A stretch of 64,000 nucleotides of DNA. Source: Squalus acanthias. Its lineage: Eukaryota. This document shows, piece by piece, positions 60,736 through 64,000 of this stretch; the stretch's first letter is position 1; each line of letters begins with the position of its first letter. A model generated the notes under the pieces. It saw only the letters and a list, made by a program, of their open reading frames with translations. It was not told where the DNA came from and ran no database searches. Where the stretch lies: NCBI GenBank assembly GCA_030390025.1, contig JASTWF010000329.1, positions 372,001-436,000 of the forward strand, given 5' to 3'. The translations under genes and the position numbers were made by a program.

Positions 60736-61940
60736 TCACTTGTGAACTCGCTGGTGTCTCAGCAGGTTGGATGATCGAAAGAAACCCTTCCCACACTCGG
60801 AGCAGGTAAACGGCCTCTCCCCAGTGTGAATTCGTTGGTGTGTCAGTAGGCTGTACGATCGAGAGAAACCCTTCCCACACACGGAGCAGGTGAACGAGCT
60901 CCCCCCAGTGTGAATTTGTTGGTGTGTCAGCAGGGTGGATGAACAAGTGAATCCCTTCCCACACACGGAGCAGGTGAATGGCCTCTCCCCAGTGTGAATT
61001 CGTTGGTGTGTCAGCAGGCTGGACGATCGAGAGAAACCCTTCCCACACACGGAGCAGGTGAACGGCCTCTCCCCAGTGTGAACTCTCTGGTGTGTCACCA
61101 AATGGAATGACTGAGTGAATCCCTTCCCACACACGGAGCAGGTGAACGGTCTCTCCCCAGTGTGAGTGCGTTGGTGTAAAATGAGATTGAATGACTGCCT
61201 GAACCTTTTCCCACAGTGAGAGCAACTGAATGGTTTATTGTCAGTGTGAACTCGCTGGTGTTGAATCAGTTCCTCAGAGCTTTTAAAGCAGTTCGCACAG
61301 TCAGAGCATTTAAAAGGTCTCTCCTCAGTGTGAACTCGCTGGTGTCTCAGAAGGTGGGCTGAATTAGTGAACCCCTTCCCACACACGGAGCAGGTGAACG
61401 GCCTCTCCCCAGTGTGAACTCGCCGGTGTCTCAGCAGGTTGGATGACTGAGCGAATCCCTTCCCACACACGGAGCAGGTGAATGGCCTCTCCCCGGTGTG
61501 AGTGCGTCGATGAGTTTCCAGGTGGGATGGGGAACTGAATCCCTTCCCACAGTCCCCACATTTCCACAGTTTCTCCGTGGTGTGGGTGTCCTTGTGTCTC
61601 TCCAGGTTGGACGATCAGTTGAAGTCTCGTCCACACACAGAACACGTGTACGGTTTCTCCCCGCTGTGAACGGTGCGATGTTTTTTCAGGCTGTGTAACT
61701 GGTGAAAGCTCTTTCCACAGTCAGTGCACTGGAACACTCTCACTCGGGTGTGTGTGACTCGGTGCTTTTCCAGTCACACTGATGTTTGAAATCTTTTCCC
61801 ACAGACAGAACAGACAAACATTTCTCCTTCCACATTCAAAGGCCGATGATATTCAGGTCCTGATGAATTGAGTGACTCTCAGATCTTGACGTGATGTTTG
61901 GTTTGAGTTTCCCGGCTGCAAATCCTCCCCTTCTAATACC
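60736..61940 (-). CDS. C2H2 zinc-finger exon F, 10 fingers open from 61578 (ACG); no in-frame ATG after the leader stops
   Basis: Acceptor at 61940/61941; leader stops at 61776 and 61617; uninterrupted array to 60736; closest to exon D ([15 protein letters not shown]). Confidence 0.7.
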
Positions 61941-62773
61941 CTGTAAAAGGAGTTTACAAAAGTCATCACTGTAAGTACAGGATAGAAATTCAGAACAGAC
62001 AATTCTAGTTTCTATACAATGTTCCTTCACACGTGGGGATTCTAACCCTGGGACTGTACATGGTGATCACTAAACACAAAACCCAGGCTGTTAAACATTT
62101 TCAGCTACTGGACTTAGCATGTGTCCCATAGTATCTCTCTCACTTTTAATGTGTGAATAGAGCATCACACCTGCGAACCTGGTTTTAAATTTAAATTCAC
62201 TCACCAAATGTATTTAACAAAAGATGAACAAGTAAACCCGTCACAGCCCACTAATCCAGCTCTACATTCACAGGAGGAAGCCTGTTATCGAACTCCTCGA
62301 GTGGATGAAACAAAGAAAGATCCCAAATGGGAGAGTCCCTCGAATCCTTTGTAAAGACCTTTCAAATCCTGACCGGTTCCTTCCTTATTCGAGAATTCCC
62401 CATCCCTGTGGGAGTCGATATTGGTCAAAAACTGCTAATTGGACATTTTAACCGATTTTTCAGCTGTTTCAAGCTGACCAGGTCCTTCACTCAGAGAATC
62501 TCCAAGGAGACTCTTTGATTTAAACACAGCTCTCCCCTCTTTTATATCCGGGATTAGATTACTGGGAATTTGAATACCTGACCACTCAAATTTAAAAGGG
62601 CCCGTCAGTGATCCACAGACTGAACCAATCACACAGCTCTGGGTCAGTTTGAATGATTCCTCTCTCCAGCCTGTAACCGATGAAACTTGTAACACTGAGG
62701 CTGAAATTCCACTTCCGGGTGCCGGATTCCAGCCCTGGGACTGTACATGGGGATTCCAACCCTGGAACCCTGG

Positions 62774-63190
62774 GTGTTTTAATAATGGGGCCTGGGGCCG
62801 CACTCGGGGTGTGTGCAGCCCGCGTCCCCCCGGGGTTTATTAACCCGCTCCCTGAGCTCTCTCACCTGATGTGTCAGCGGCTGCTGCCAAGGTCCGCGCA
62901 TGCTCAGCTCACCTTCTGTTGTTCAGGTTCAAGGGTCAAGCCCCGCCCCTCACACACTCCGATTGGTTGGAGGACCCGCCGCCCGCTTGGTCCTCCAGCC
63001 CCGCCCCGCTCTTCCTATTGGTCCGGAGCTCCCGTCAATCACCCGGGCAGTGTGAGCTGAGCATGCGCGGACCTTGGCAGCAGCCGCTGACACATCAGGT
63101 GAGAGAGCTCAGGGAGCGGGTTAATAAACCCCGGGGGGACGCGGGCTGCACACACCCCGAGTGCGGCCCCAGGCCCCATTATTAAAACAC
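62774..63190. promoter_or_regulatory. Palindromic bidirectional promoter-like cassette, copy 2 (perfect arms)
   Basis: 62774-62912 is the exact reverse complement of 63052-63190; the spacer has two GC boxes, two ATTGG and CGTCAATCA; each arm has GCATGCGC and CAG|GTGAGA. Confidence 0.75.
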
Positions 63191-63277
63191 TCAACATTAT
63201 CCGCCCGCCGGTTTAAGGTTTCGCTCCGTCCGAAAAAGCGGCCATTGCGCATGCGCATCGTCAGCATCAGACTCCGT

Positions 63278-63616
63278 CAGGGAGCGTCTGTAAATAAAAG
63301 AGGAATGGAGACTGAGCAGGGAGCGTCTGTAAATAAAAGGAATGGTGACTGAGCAGGGAGCGTCTGTAAATAAAAGAGGAATGGTGACTGAGCAGGGAGT
63401 GTCTGTAAATAAAAGAGGAATGGAGACTGAGCAGGGAGCGTCTGTAAATAAAAGAGGAATGGTGACTGAGCAGGGAGTGTCTGTAAATAAAAGAGGAATG
63501 GTGAGTGAGCAGGGAGTGTCTGTAAATAAAAGAGGAATGGTGGCTGAGCAGGGAGTGTCTGTAAATAAAAGAGGAATGGTGACTGAGCAGGGAGTGTCTG
63601 TAAAAAGAGGAATGGT
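63278..63616 (+). repeat. 39-bp minisatellite with AATAAA in nearly every unit
   Basis: Unit cagggagcgtctgtaaataaaagaggaatggtgactgag. Confidence 0.9.
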
Positions 63617-64000
63617 GTCTCTCTCTCTCTCTGTCTCCCAGGTGTCTCCTTGATTCATCCTGAAATCCTCTACTCCTGAAATCCTCTACAATTTGTGGGT
63701 ATAGGAACCCGAACCCGAACCCTTCCTATACCCTTACTCTCATTCAAAACCGATGGAGTCCTCCTGAACCAATCACTGTCCGACACCCAAACGCAGCACC
63801 CTGGCTTACGCGGGTTTTTGGTCTGATGACACTCTTACATCATCTGTTTTTGACCATCAAGTCTCATATCTGGGGTAGTTATGGCAGCACAGAAGGAAGC
63901 TGTCTCATTGGTTGAGACACGGCCCCTGCTCTCGGCCTGTGTGTTTGTTCACTGCGGATTTATAACATTCCACACAGTGGCAGACTCGCCTGGCCTTGCT

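Noticed and set aside
62774..63190. MITE or DNA transposon with long TIRs
   Set aside because: No TSD is visible, homology with copy 1 continues beyond the arm, and the core occurs alone at 7.6 kb. Not fully excluded without a genome search.

Overview
This is a eukaryotic, repeat-dense 64 kb window, most likely from a cartilaginous fish (shark). That assignment is inferred from the CR1/Deu-SINE/Penelope repertoire and the '[10 protein letters not shown]' zinc-finger family. It holds six paralogous C2H2 zinc-finger exons (A +2.7-4.3 kb, B +11.1-13.4 kb, C -24.4-25.9 kb, D +28.0-29.0 kb, E -48.2-49.1 kb, F -60.7-61.9 kb). No KRAB, SCAN or BTB domain is recognisable. The exons are interleaved with nested non-LTR retroelements (many CR1 copies including one full-length, Tx1, RTE, a Neptune-type Penelope), SINEs, about ten minisatellites and an 11.6 kb satellite with 34/37-bp units. 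Main observations: (1) a palindromic promoter cassette in which a CCAAT/GC-box core is flanked by inverted copies of a putative first exon plus splice donor, with perfect 139-bp arms at 62.8-63.2 kb, a second copy at 26.9-27.2 kb and the bare core at 7.6 kb; (2) minimal hammerhead-ribozyme motifs in the Penelope termini and in two fold-back mini-elements; (3) a promoter-like sequence pointing straight into the giant satellite; (4) an in-frame ZNF-CR1 fusion ORF; (5) a tRNA-Ile/CR1 chimeric insertion whose empty site is also in the window; (6) recurrent stop and ACG/ATG states in the ZNF leaders. All of this was read by eye and no database searches were run.
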